From Octopus sinensis (taxonomy: Eukaryota), in assembly GCF_006345805.1 (NCBI RefSeq), contig NC_042998.1, forward strand, positions 184,822,001-184,886,000: DNA of 64,000 nucleotides, read 5' to 3'. A program made the translations under genes and the position numbers. Positions 1 to 11,985 of this stretch are shown here, one piece after another; positions within the stretch are counted from its first letter, which is position 1; each line of letters opens with the position of its first letter. The notes under the pieces are model-generated. The model saw only the letters and a list, made by a program, of their open reading frames with translations, was not told the origin of the DNA and searched no databases.

Positions 1-383
1 GCGACCATTTAATCATGTTGAAAGACTTTAAGCGACTGAGACGAAAGAAAAAAATAGCACGAAACATTTGAACTGTTAAGGAGACATAAAAGGAAACTAC
101 AGTCCCAACATCTAGTTTCAGGACTGTTGTGTCTTGGTTTGCTTGTAGTTTATTGTATAAGAATTATAGTTACAAATAGACTTCAACGCCTAATTGTTTT
201 CCTGTTTGTATTTAATACAATTTTTCGTTTTTCATGTCTATATTAAATCAATTTTTTGCTTTGTATTTGTATACAGTTCTTTTGTTTATCAATGAAAATG
301 CGTTGGTATTTCTTTTTTTCTTTTACACTGCCTTTTCATCAATTATCATCTAGGTTATTTAGTTGAGAGACATATACCGCTTC

Positions 384-558
384 ATATATGCATGTATGTA
401 TGTACACACACACACGCACACATATATATATATGCATATATATTATATTTGATATTATTTGTAGATACACACACGTATGTATGTATGTATGTATGTATGT
501 ATGTATGTATGTATGTATGTATGTATGTATGTATGTATGTTTGTATGTATGTATGTAT
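384..558. repeat. Compound microsatellite (CA)n/(TA)n/(TATG)n
   Basis: Directly visible; explains the YVCM/HTYI ORFs. Confidence 0.95.
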
Positions 559-836
559 ACTAATAAGAAACAGAGAGAAGCAAGTTGTATTGTTAAGTTT
601 TTTATAACATACGTTCGTCTCTGCCAACCGGTTTGCGTTCTTGCACTGCTTGATGGTGTTTTTGTGCAAACTGATTAGCGTACTTCCCTGGCAACCAGAA
701 GTATAATATTCCATTAAAAAATATATATTGTAAACGCAATAAAAAAAAATCAAAAAGAAAAAAACATCATAGGAGTGACTAATTTTAACAAATATTTATT
801 AGTTTAACTCTTAAACTAACGAAGAAAAAGTGTAGT

Positions 837-863
837 TACGTTTCAGCCTTAGGCCTTCATCAG
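837..863 (-). ncRNA. Minimal Penelope-type hammerhead ribozyme core
   Basis: Minus strand reads CUGAUGA-A-GGCC(UAA)GGCU-GAAAC-GUA. Helix III is reduced to the ACGU palindrome and stem I is poor. Confidence 0.5.
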
Positions 864-1286
864 AGAAAAAATCAGAGGAAGAAAAGAAGAAAAGCAGTTT
901 AGAAGAAAGGAAAAAGTGGACAAAGGGTTTTGGACTCAGTTGAGTAAGAGATACTCTAGAGGAATTAAGAAAGGAGGAGAGAGCGAGGGTGCGTTCGAAT
1001 ATGTAGTAGTATATTCATGTTTTTAAATAGATATATGGTTTTCTAATTCTGTTTTTATTTACCCTTCCATTTTTTGTTTCAACCTTCTCTTTTGTTCTCG
1101 CTTTTTTTTTCATATAGCTCCCCATGTACCAGCGCCCTGATTTTCAAAATGAACAAACCATATGCTCAGAGCTTAAAAATCGGCTGGAGACACAAGGTAC
1201 GTTACAGAAACCTGCCTAGCCCCATGTCTTCTTAACAAGAATCTGTTAGCAGCTCTTATCTTTATAGTGTCCATTAAAGGATTATA

Positions 1287-2350
1287 TAGGATGTCCCAAA
1301 AATAAAGGCAGCCAAATTTTTTCAATTTTACCAAAGCAAAATATTGTTATATTTCGGGTTCGAATGTTGAAATGCAATGGTAAAGGAAACATAATAATGA
1401 CACTACCACATCTTTTCAATATGACTACATTTGTTTCGAACCACAGCCTTAAGTCTAGGTGTCAATGCTTTACACGCGGCACGCAAAAGCTCTTGCGGAA
1501 TCGAATTCCATTTCCGGTGCAGTTTTGCATTCAGAGCGTCGAGAGCGTCTCCAAAATGGACCAAACAAAAAAATCCAACGGGTTGAGATCGGGGCTTTTT
1601 GAGGGCTATACATCCTTGGCTAAGAACAACGGAATGTTTTTCTGAATCCAGTGATGTGTCTGTTTGAAGCTGTGGGATGGTGCGGAGTCCTGTTGGAGGC
1701 TCCAAGGTGCGCCTTTAAAGTGCTCATTTGCCTATGGAAGCAGTTCAGCTTCCATATTGTCGCTAATGTATCACAAAAACAAGCTGCCCAAACCATAACT
1801 GACTGGGTTTTGACGTTGATTTACGAGTCTACCCTCGACGAAGCCAAATACACTCCAAAGTTGGTCATCCTGGTGGTTTACTGTCTATTCGATGTCAAAT
1901 TTCTTATAATCAGTGAACACCTTGTTGGGCAGCATGCCTTCAGAAATCTGACGCAGAATAAGACGGCTTCTTTCCGGTCTCATGGTCTTATAAACTTGTG
2001 TGAGCTCATGATGGTGGATCATCTTGTAGGGGTGGGTTCTGAGATCCTTCTTAGGTTCTTTAGGATCCTTAGCACTCAATACATCGACGTTCGGCTGATT
2101 TCTGCTGTGGCATCCAGTATTTTCTGACGGAACGACAAGGATTTCGCGGTATCTTTTCTCTGGTACTTTTGATAAGCCGAGGAGTCCGCACACTTCTCTT
2201 TCGGTCACATTATGGTCGATCAGCGGTGGAACCAGTTTCTTGACAATTTTCCAGTCTATTCTTCAGTTAATTTTAATACTACCATCACGGTCTGGGACAT
2301 ATTCCACCAGTACTCCTTTTTATTATGACTGGCTATAACTTCCACCATAC
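1287..2350 (-). mobile_element. Decayed Tc1/mariner-superfamily transposon, DD37D (maT) transposase pseudogene
   Basis: Minus-strand translation gives VFTDYKKFDIE and QQDSAPSHS...V*PSKSPDLNPLDFFVW, with 37 residues between the 2nd and 3rd catalytic D. C-terminus WNSIPQELLRAAC...RLKAVV. Stops and frameshifts present; TIR-like ta-taggatgtcccaaaa near 1287. Right boundary approximate. Confidence 0.88.
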
Positions 2351-2881
2351 TGTGGGTTCTTGTATGTATGTGCGCATGTATGTATGTATGTATTTATGTA
2401 TTTATGTATGTATGTATTTATCTATGTATCTATGTATGCATGTATGTATTATGTATGTATGTATGTATGTATGTATGTATGTATGTATGTATGTATGTAT
2501 GTATGCATATATTGATACAGAAGCACACACACATACACATACACAAATGTATTATTCTTTGTTTTCTTTTTTTATTTTTCATTTTGACTATTGATTCTTT
2601 TTTGCTGTCTCATCAATTAACATCTGTATTCAAATTTTCTTCGTTTTGTGCTACATCTTTCCTTCACATTCATTTATGTATTTAGTTTCACTCATTCTTC
2701 TTCATTTCCTTCTTCCATCGCTCTCGCCTTCCTTTGTATTGATCTTTCTTTCTTCGTCTCCATCTAACTTCCTTTCTATCTTTCCTTCCATCTATAGTTT
2801 TATTATCTCTCTACCTCTCTCTGCCCCTATCGCTCCCCTTCTCTGTTCCCTACTTTCTATCTCCTTTCCTCTTTCCCTCCA

Positions 2882-2932
<51 letters not shown>

Positions 2933-3914
2933 GTCTGTCTACCTATCTACCTATCTATTTATTTATGTATCTGTAACCATTTATATATTCCACTCCAAAT
3001 TCCTTCAAATACATTCCTTCCTTCTTCTTACTCATTCTGTTTTCTACATTCTTTCCTTTTCCCCTTTCCCTTCTATTTCTTTCTTTCCTTCTCTCTTTCA
3101 TAAAAACTACATTTCAATCCCCTGTTTGCGTCTGAATAGATTTTTCTCCATCCTTTTTATATTTCCATCTTTACCATTATTCTTTCATTCTCCATTCATT
3201 TCATTTACTTTTATCGTGTCATCTTTTCTTTGTTATTTTTCTTTTCTTTCATTCTATCCCTGTTTTCTGAATATCTTTTATTTCAGTTTCTCTATCTTTC
3301 TGCATGTCTCTCTGCCTAATCTATTTTTCTGTCTGGTTGTATAATCTTTCTGCTTTAATTTTCATTCCTTGCCTCTCTTCCATTAATACTAAGTTGTGTA
3401 TCATTTTATTCATTAGTTTACATTACTCCATTAATATTATTATGATTATCATCGTCGTCGTCGTCATCATCATCCTCAATAATCACCAGTTCACGTGTAC
3501 ATTTTTAACACAAAACGTGACTGACGCCGCTTCTTTATCCGTTAGCACGGCCGCAGCGTGGTCCAGCCGCACTTGAACCGTTGGTTGTAGCCGTAAACTG
3601 TACAATGATGAGCGTGGTGAACAAAGGCGTATTTCCGTAAGACAAAGGCTGTCGAGTCTGTTTCCAGCTAATTTGAAAACCAAATGAGGCTCATAAAACG
3701 CTTTTCGTCTTCAAGCACCAATAGTTTATATTATTTAATGTTTTACAATATAAAAGTGTGTTGGTTGCACGGTTTGGTGTCATGTCGAATAGAAACGTTG
3801 CCCATATCATAGCTCAACTATAACAGTCGAATTCATGTTGGGAGACTATACACCCTCATCTTCGATCTACAGTCATCACATGTGCAAGGCTGTCGCTATT
3901 AATATCATTGTCAT

Positions 3915-4074
3915 TTCTTCTTCTTGTTCTTGTTCTTGTTCTTGTTCTTGTTCTTCTTCTTCTTCTTCTTCTTCTTCTTCTTCTTCTTCTTCTTCTTCTT
4001 CTTCTTCTTCTTCTTCTTCTTCTTCTTCTTCTTCTTGTAGTGGTGGTGGTGGTAGTGCTGCTGCAACAACATCA

Positions 4075-4123
<49 letters not shown>

Positions 4124-4134
4124 GTACTACCACC

Positions 4135-4174
<40 letters not shown>

Positions 4175-4212
4175 ATAATAATATAATAATAATAATAATG
4201 ATAATAATAATG

Positions 4213-4270
<58 letters not shown>
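3915..4270. repeat. Compound trinucleotide microsatellite (TTC)n-(TGG)n-(CTA)n-(ATA)n
   Basis: Directly visible; source of the poly-S/T/I/E/V ORFs. Confidence 0.95.
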
Positions 4271-4271
<1 letters not shown>

Positions 4272-4358
4272 CCTTCGTACTAAAGGCACAAGGCCTGAAA
4301 TTTGGGGCGGGCAGGCATTTTGCCTAGCGTATTAGCAATTCTGCCAGCTCACCACCTC

Positions 4359-4411
<53 letters not shown>

Positions 4412-4417
4412 TAATAG

Positions 4418-4600
4418 TTTCAATTTTTTGGCACAAAGCGAGCAATTTCGGGAGAAGGGGTAGATTCATTATATCGACCCCAGTGCTCAACTGGTTTTTA
4501 TAGTATCGACCCCGAAAGGATGAAAGGCAAAGTCAGCCTCGGTAAAATTTGAACTCAGAACGTAAAGACGGACAAAATGCTGGCGTGCTAACAATTCTGC
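4418..4600 (-). mobile_element. SINE family C fragment
   Basis: atcgaccccgaaaggatgaaaggcaaagtc...atttgaactcagaacgt matches the reverse complement of the 26499-26728 copy. Confidence 0.8.
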
Positions 4601-4932
4601 TGTAGACACAAAGCCTGAACTTTTGAGAAGGGGGGGGGGGGGCTACTCAATTAAATCTACCCCAGAGCTTGACTAGTACTTTATTCAATCGACTTCGGAA
4701 GGCTGAGAAGCAAAATTTTATATATATCCCAGAAATCCCAAACCCAATATTCCATTTAATATAGCTAGAAGAATCCGACTATCATCTTCAATCAAGATGT
4801 TCAGAATTAAAGTAATTTGAATTAAAACAGACACTAATTGATAGAAAGTACTCTTCTACTCCATTAGAGTATGGGATAGAACGCGCCAAAGTAATATACA
4901 TTGAAGAATTATTAAAAGCCAACAACAATTCA

Positions 4933-5177
4933 GTTGTGTCTGGGGAGAGTCATTTTCTTTTTGTGCTTCATTATTTAAAACACTCACCGATAAAATTTCC
5001 ACTTTTTTTCTTATTTTTATAAAAATAAAAATAGAAATAAAAATAAAAGAAAAAATAAGAAAAAAGAAAAAAATTTCCACTTTTTTCTTATTTTTATAAA
5101 GAAAAAAGTGGAAATTTTACCGGTGAGTGTGTTAAATAATAAGGCACAAAAAGAAAATGATTCTCCCCAGACACAAC
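4933..5177. repeat. Inverted repeat of a probable Penelope terminal (pLTR-like) sequence
   Basis: gttgtgtctggggagagtcattttc...aaatttccactt and its reverse complement aagtggaaatttt...ctccccagacacaac. The same sequence recurs at 22118-22419 and 47540-47675. Confidence 0.75.
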
Positions 5178-5259
5178 AGAATATGCTTCAACACACGAAC
5201 TCATATAAAGAATCTTGCAAACCAAATCCCAAAACAAAGAACAACAATTCAGATGCACC

Positions 5260-5850
5260 AAAACACTTTATGTTTTACTACAACACACAAACCAAGAAAC
5301 AGAAACCTTCAGCATTATCAATCAGAATATACTGTTATTGAGTCAAATCCCAAGAATAAAAAAAGACTCTTGAATCATACAACATAATCGAATGCAAAAG
5401 GAAACCAAAGTCCCTGAAAAAATTACTAACCAGCATGAAACTACCAACAACGGACTTAACTCTAACAGTTAAAAGGTGTGGTCGACCCAATCGTGGAACT
5501 TGTTAGAACCTTATTGAGGACACAACTTGTAAATTTATAAATCAGGACAAGATTTAACTGTGAAAAACCATTCTGCATCTTCAAAAAAATTGATATACAC
5601 CATCATATGCAATCGATGCAGAGAAAACTACATTGGGCATACTAAATTCACAATAAGAAGGACATTAAATATTCATCGTCAACAAATTTGTAGTCCCAAA
5701 ACTAGATAAATTCCGGTTAGTGAACATTTGGATACATGCGTGAAAATCATTCTCCAAATTTTTTTGTCTTTCCACGCTATCAATGTGCAGACAATACTCC
5801 AGAGCTAACAAGAGTTAATAAAGAAAGTTTGTTAATTAAAGAAAATGCAA
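5260..5850 (+). mobile_element. Penelope-like element remnant: linker, Cys motif and GIY-YIG endonuclease
   Basis: Manual translation gives FTTTHKPRN, KRKPKSLKKLLT, KRCGRPNRGTC, LIYTIICNRCRENYIGHT...RRTLNIHRQQI...PVSEH and RVNKESLLIK, with stops and frameshifts. Confidence 0.88.
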
Positions 5851-6257
5851 GTCACTGATGAACAGGCTATGAAAAAAAAACATCAGTAATACATCAGTTT
5901 CCCTTTCCTATGAATTAATTGTAGTAGGATGTCTACTAGGTCTCTTTCTTAAAAAAAAACAAATTTCATTTAGCAGCTGTCATCTATTTTATTTACTCCT
6001 AACATTGTTATTTTAGTTACTTCAGACCTTGTTAACAAAGAAGGGATGTGTTTTAACATGTTCAATGAAAGTGAGATAACATTAATTGATAACATTATTG
6101 CTCAACAGAATAAGAAACAATAATTATCTAGAAGACTTTTGGGAGTGTTTGTGCACTAACTTATGAGACGTTGGTCAAAATGGCTGAATATGTAATTGAA
6201 GGAGAGGGAGAAGTCTATCTTAATACGGACACTCCTAGAAATCAAAAACAAGAAGGG

Positions 6258-6415
6258 ATTACAACCGTGTTTCGTGGTCTGCTACCACAACAGCTCCTTT
6301 GTAGAATCCAGTTAGCTCAAGACATCATCAGGAGGAATCACGTCCGGTTTCGGCCCCTACTCCTCTACCGTTTTGACATGGCGGGGGCCCCCCTTTCGGG
6401 GGTGTCTTCAGCTCT
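6258..6415 (-). ncRNA. Two tandem degenerate hammerhead-like motifs with long stem II
   Basis: CUGAAGA(6411-6405)...GGCCCC/GGGGCC-GAAAC(6351-6347) and CUGAUGA(6331-6325)...GAAAC(6273-6269)-ACGGUU-GUA. Confidence 0.4.
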
Positions 6416-6857
6416 GGTGTTGGGTGCATGTCTTCTTTCTTCTGTTCCCTGGCCTCTTCGATGTATCGTCAGCGAGTGTCAGCCGGTGACTGACTGACTT
6501 GTAAAATTCTTCCCTCTAAATACCTGCCGCTAGGCTCCAGCAGGCAGCCCCAGCAAGTTGTCACGTGACACTGTCTCACCTTAACTGACTAGTGAAGGCG
6601 CGTAGTTGTAGCCCGCGCTTTTTCTAAATGACCGTCACCTGTCAGTCAGCGAAGCTGATCAAACTCTCTCACGAAAGAGAAAGAGCAGAGAGAGAAAAGA
6701 GAGAGGGAGAGAGAGAGAAAAGAGAGAGAGAAAAGAGAGAGAAAGAGGAGAGAGCTGTGGAAACATTTTGTTTATGTGCTGGTGTACAGAAGATTGTAAA
6801 TAATAAAAGTTACTGTAATAATTTTTTGGGTACCAGATAATGTTACAACAGTAAACG

Positions 6858-7226
6858 CTAGACCGAATGGTTGACAGAATGAAGATAGAATGATAGAGAT
6901 GTGACCTCGTCGTCTGGTATAAAATGTCCTTTACTATTTCGTACGTAACGAACACGCAAATACAAACATACACGCCCGCGCACTCATCTACAAAACGCGA
7001 CGTCGTCGTCGTCGTCGTGGTATAAAATGTCCTTTACTACAGTTGACTATAGAAAGATTATTTTCGAGAAAATGTTATGTTTCAGTCAAATGAAAATATA
7101 AATTACAAGTTGACACTCACGGGGTGTAATATTATTACCTTGTAAAATTTGATTTGATTTGGTGGAGCTGTTTGAGAATGCATTGGGAATAGACAGAAAG
7201 ACAAAGAATTTTATATATAGAAAGAT
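6858..7226 (-). mobile_element. Possible non-autonomous Helitron (second family)
   Basis: Minus strand begins a/TCTTTCTATATATAAAATTC and a CTAG lies at 6858. No clear 3' hairpin was verified. Confidence 0.3.
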
Positions 7227-7650
7227 AATCTCTTATGGTAAAAAGATGTAAAAACACCATATCTGTCTAGTACTGTCCCCTGTCGGATTCTCAGACATAT
7301 TCCTAGCTCTTTATCAATGGGAAATAGCGAAGAGAGGCAACACTGGACAGATTTAATTGAAGCCGTAGCTTCAATTAGACCGCCAAGAGAGAAACAATTA
7401 CAACAGTATCAGCACCAGGGAATGTTTAGGCATAAGCGAAGTTAGTTAAAAGTTAGTTAAAATATGTTTATGATATATTTCAACTTCTAAAGGCAGATTT
7501 ACTGCCGTTACCCTAGAGGCAAAAAAAATCTCTTATGGTAAAAAGGAATAAAAATGCCATATCTGTCCAGCGCTGCCCCGCTGTCGGATTACAAGCCGCA
7601 TTTCTAGATCTTTGACGATTATCAACAGGAAATACCGAAGAGAGACAACT
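7227..7650 (+). repeat. Diverged ~120-bp direct repeat, 300 bp apart
   Basis: aatctcttatggtaaaaag...ccatatctgtc...ctgtcggatt...gaagagagRcaac at ~7227-7342 and ~7527-7649. Confidence 0.75.
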
Positions 7651-7659
7651 TCAGATACT

Positions 7660-8000
7660 ATCTAAATTCAGGACCAGGTACTACAATAATCTAAGGTTCA
7701 AAGGTCCACAGCTATTCAATGCCCTGCCACAAAAATTAAGAAATCTGCATAAAGTTGAAGGAGATGTCTTCAAAAAAGAACTAGACATTCTCCTCTCCAC
7801 GATACCGGATGAGCCAACAGCTCAACACGAGGTGTAGACAATGGCAGCGGAATGAAAACTCCCTTATACACCAAATAGGTCAACAGCTGGACAAAGGCAC
7901 ATACAGGAGTGGTGATGTGAAACACTTCGGACTGAGGTAATTAAAAAGACCACGGTGGTACTCTAGCATGACCTCAGCCGCATGGCTGAAACGAGTAAAA
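7660..8000 (+). mobile_element. CR1-group LINE 3' end
   Basis: Translation KGPQLFNALPQKLRNLHKVEGDVFKKELDILLSTIPDEP. Tail agcatgacc...ggctgaaac is similar to the tail at 42170-42215. Confidence 0.75.
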
Positions 8001-8067
8001 TAATATATATACGTATGTATGTATGTATGTATGTATGTATGTATGTATGTATGTATGTATGTATGTA

Positions 8068-9143
8068 TGTGTTGCTTTCGGAAGGCTAGAAAAGCGCCTC
8101 TGGAGTCGACAAGACACATGCAGAAAGACAAAGATAAAGGTGTACAAGGCATGTGTGCTCCCTTCTCTTCTCTATGCCTGCGAGACGTGGGTCACATATC
8201 GATACCACCTTAAACAACCGGAACATTTCCATCAGATGTGCCTCAGACGGATCTATGGCATTAAGTGGAAGGACCGCATCAGTGATCTTGAAATATTGGA
8301 AGGCTCTCGGTGTGAAAGTATAGAAGCTCTTGCGTTAAAGCAAAGGCTCAGATGGAGTGGTCATCTGGTCAGGATGAAGGATTCAAGGATGCCAAAACAA
8401 CTCTTTTATGGAGAGTTTGCTAAAGGAGAACGACCTCCACATAAACTAAAAAAAGGGGTATAAGGACTTGCTGAAGACATCCTTAAGAGATGCTTGCATC
8501 TCTCTTGACACATGGGAAGGCATAGCTATTGATCGTAGCAGGTGGAGAAGGATTGTGCACGAGGGGACAGCCACTTTCAGAAATCTCGAGTTGCACATGA
8601 GAAAGTAAGGAGGGATGTCAGGGAGGGCATCGCTGTTACACTTCCAGATAGGAAGGGTCTCCCTTTGATGCTGACATGCAATGTCTGTGCAAGACCTTGC
8701 CTCAGTAAAGCTGGACTCAAGAGTCATCTTCGTAGTCATAAAGCGAGACAGATGAGTGACAACTTGGCCACTAATCATAGGGTCTCCCTTTGATGCTGAC
8801 ATGCAATGTCTGTGCAAGACCTTGCCTCAGTAAAGCTGGACTCAAGAGTCATCTTCGTAGTCATAAAGCGAGACAGATGAGTGACAACTTGGCCACTAAT
8901 CATATCTGTCGGGCATGTGCAAGAGAGTGTAATTCGGCAGGAGGACTTGAACGACATGCTAAGGTACATGACGCCCAGTTACAACTACAGCCGGCTATTA
9001 CCGGTAAAGGTTTTAGTTGCCAATTCTGTACAAGACATTGTAGATCTTTAGCTACGCTAAAAAGTCACATTCGATCACAGCATCAGTAACAGTGAAGCTT
9101 CGTACAATGGCCATACTCGATAACGAGGGGGCAGCCATAATAA
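8068..9143 (+). mobile_element. 5'-truncated RTE (BovB-like) LINE with C-terminal C2H2 zinc fingers
   Basis: AFGRL..RLW...TKIKVYKACVLPSLLYACETW...FHQMCLRRI.GIKWKDRI...RLRWSGHLVRMKDSRMPKQLFYGE, then CxxC-x12-HxxxH fingers and an ataataat tail. Flanked by (TATG)n on both sides. Confidence 0.93.
8654..8903 (+). repeat. 125-bp tandem duplication of one zinc-finger unit
   Basis: agggtctccctttgatgctgac...ccactaatcat at 8654-8778 and 8779-8903. Confidence 0.92.
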
Positions 9144-9814
9144 TGTATGTATGTATGTATGTATGTATGTATGTATGTATGTATGTATGTATGTATGTAT
9201 GTATGTATGTATGTATAAATGTGTGTGTGTGTGTGTGTGTGTGTAGGCATATGCGAAACGAAGTGAGAGGCAAGAAAATTGAAGATGGAGATGTGAGATA
9301 TATATAAATGCATGTGCATATGCATGTACACATATGCATAGTCCGTTCGCTGGAAAAAAAGCCAGACACGCGCAAACACATATAGATATATCTGTACATA
9401 GATATTACTGTTTAAATGTCATAGAATATAGAGTTCTCTATCATTTCTGTATTAGGACGATAAAAACAATCGACAACAAAGATAAATAAAAAAAGGAAGA
9501 CACATACAAAACAAAATAAAAATAATCCCAGGAAACTACAATGACAATTATGATATATGCAGATATTAATATTCTACGGCACGTTAGTTAAAGAGACTGA
9601 TTGAAGATTTGTTGTCTAGTAGACAAATAAATAGTTCTAGATATGCATACTGTCTGTCTTTAAGTCGCCATATCGTACTTCGACTTTATTGTTATTCCGC
9701 CATTTTAGTTTGTTTTCCACTTTCAGCCATTTTTTTCTTCTTTTTCCCATCCTCTCTCTTTCTCTCTTCCCCCTCTCTCTGTCTCTATCTTTCCCTCTTT
9801 TTCTCTATCACCCA

Positions 9815-9885
<71 letters not shown>

Positions 9886-10020
9886 AAAGTATGTATGAAG
9901 AGAGAGAGAGAGAGAGAAAGAGATCGACATATAGATAGAAAGAAAGATAGATAGATAGACAGACACACATACATATATACATACAAACATAGTACAAACA
10001 TACATACATGCATACATACA

Positions 10021-10051
<31 letters not shown>

Positions 10052-10351
10052 CTCTTATTGTCATATTTTGTTTCCTTTTTTCATTCGGAGAACTTTCGCG
10101 ATTTTGAAAAAATTACTACTTTCTGCACTTTTTTCTATTTTTTAATTTTTTATTCATATTTTTTTTGCGTTTGGCTTGAGACACAATTTGTTATTGCTAA
10201 TATTCTTGGTAGTGTTGCAGTTTCAGATGAATATGTTTGTTTTTTCCATTCATTTATTGTTTTTAATATTTTGTTGTTGCTCACCATTGATATTCTTAAC
10301 GCTAGTGGCTCCATTGTGACGAAATTGCATTCATGCAGCACACAGACACAG

Positions 10352-10382
<31 letters not shown>

Positions 10383-10761
10383 CTCACATACACACGCGCA
10401 CACACACTCACATGCCTACGCGTGCGCACACGAACACACACATTCACATATCCCACACAATATATATACACAGTTACCTTTCAATGTAAGTGTATAAATA
10501 TATGAACATTCTTAGGCTCATCTCACTCTGTCTGTGTGTATGGCTCTCTCACTCTCTCCCTCTCTCTCTTTCCTTCTGTATCTATATACTGCATATATAG
10601 ATATAATGTTTGTATGCAGCTATATATATATATATATTATTATATATATATATATATGTGCGTATATATATATATATATATATATACATACATATATATA
10701 TGTATACATACATATATATTATACATGCGTACACACACACACATACACGTATATTTGTATA

Positions 10762-10915
10762 CGACGGGCTTCTTTCAGTTTCCGTCTACCAGATCCACCC
10801 ATACGCTTTGGTCCGATCCGAGGCTACAGTTGAAGACACTTGCTCAAGGTGCCATGCAGTAGGACTGAACCCGGAACTATGAGGTTGGGAAGCAGGCTTC
10901 ATACCACCAGCCACT
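10762..10915 (-). mobile_element. SINE family B, 5' half
   Basis: Reverse complement matches 36958-37120. Confidence 0.85.
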
Positions 10916-10950
10916 CATGCATATATATATGTGTATATATATAGTATATG

Positions 10951-11017
<67 letters not shown>

Positions 11018-11490
11018 ATACATAAACATTATTGATAGAAAGAAAGAAAGAAAGCTAGATAGATAGATAGATAGATAAATAGATGGGGAGAAAGAGAGAG
11101 AGACAGGAAAAGCGAGGGCGAAACATAAGATTGTATATGTTGTACATGTGTTATCTGTATACTTATAAGGTGAAAGAGTGTGTCCTTAGGTTTGTTTGTA
11201 AGTATTGTGAATACATTTGTTATATGTTCGCCTGCGACTTTTCATTATTATTCTTTTTGTCTATTTCATGTTTTTTTTTTCGTTTTAATAATGTTTTGCT
11301 AGATGTTGACCTAAGGTTTGAACTCCAACCGAGGATAAAATTATTCAGTTACAATTCTTCCAACATGTAATAATATTTTTGTTTCTGTCTCACATTGATA
11401 TGTTTCAACGCATATACTTATATGCAAAAATATGTATGCATATATGTATATATGTGTGTGTGTACATGTTTTTATATACATGCATATATG

Positions 11491-11521
<31 letters not shown>

Positions 11522-11710
11522 TTGTGTGCGTGTGTGTGCTTTCACTACGAATGGTTTTGTTAAGCAGTGTCGAGTTTTACATGTCTGTAAATAAATAGCA
11601 TTTTATAAGCTTTAAGCTTATAGCGATCAGCGCGCAGCGACTAAGGGGAAACAGTCTAACAATGTGGCACACAAGCCCTTGACAAAAAAATTAGTATGTA
11701 TATGTATATG

Positions 11711-11985
11711 TTCAGTTCCACTGCGTGGTGCCTTGGGCCAGTGTCTTCTACTATAGCGTCAGGCCGACCAAAACATTGTGAGTGGATTTTGTGGACGAAA
11801 ACTGAAAGAAGCCGGTCTTACATGTATGTGCGGTCGTGTGTGTGTGTCTATGTTTGTCCCCATCACCGCTTGACAATCGATGCTGGTATGCTTATGTCTC
11901 CGTAACTTAAAGGTTCGGTAAATGACCGATAGAATAAGTACTAAGCTTTTAAAAATATGTCGTTCGGCTAAACCCCTTCAAGGCG
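11711..11985 (+). mobile_element. SINE family B, diverged copy
   Basis: ccttgggccagtgtcttctactatagc...gaaactgaaagaagcc...gaccgatagaataagtact. Confidence 0.8.

Noticed and set aside
95-112. ZNF143/M4-like motif actacagtccca
   Set aside because: Spacing is one base short of the consensus and there is no promoter context.
8666-9089. Host C2H2 zinc-finger gene
   Set aside because: Contiguous with the RTE ORF C-terminus and followed by the LINE tail.
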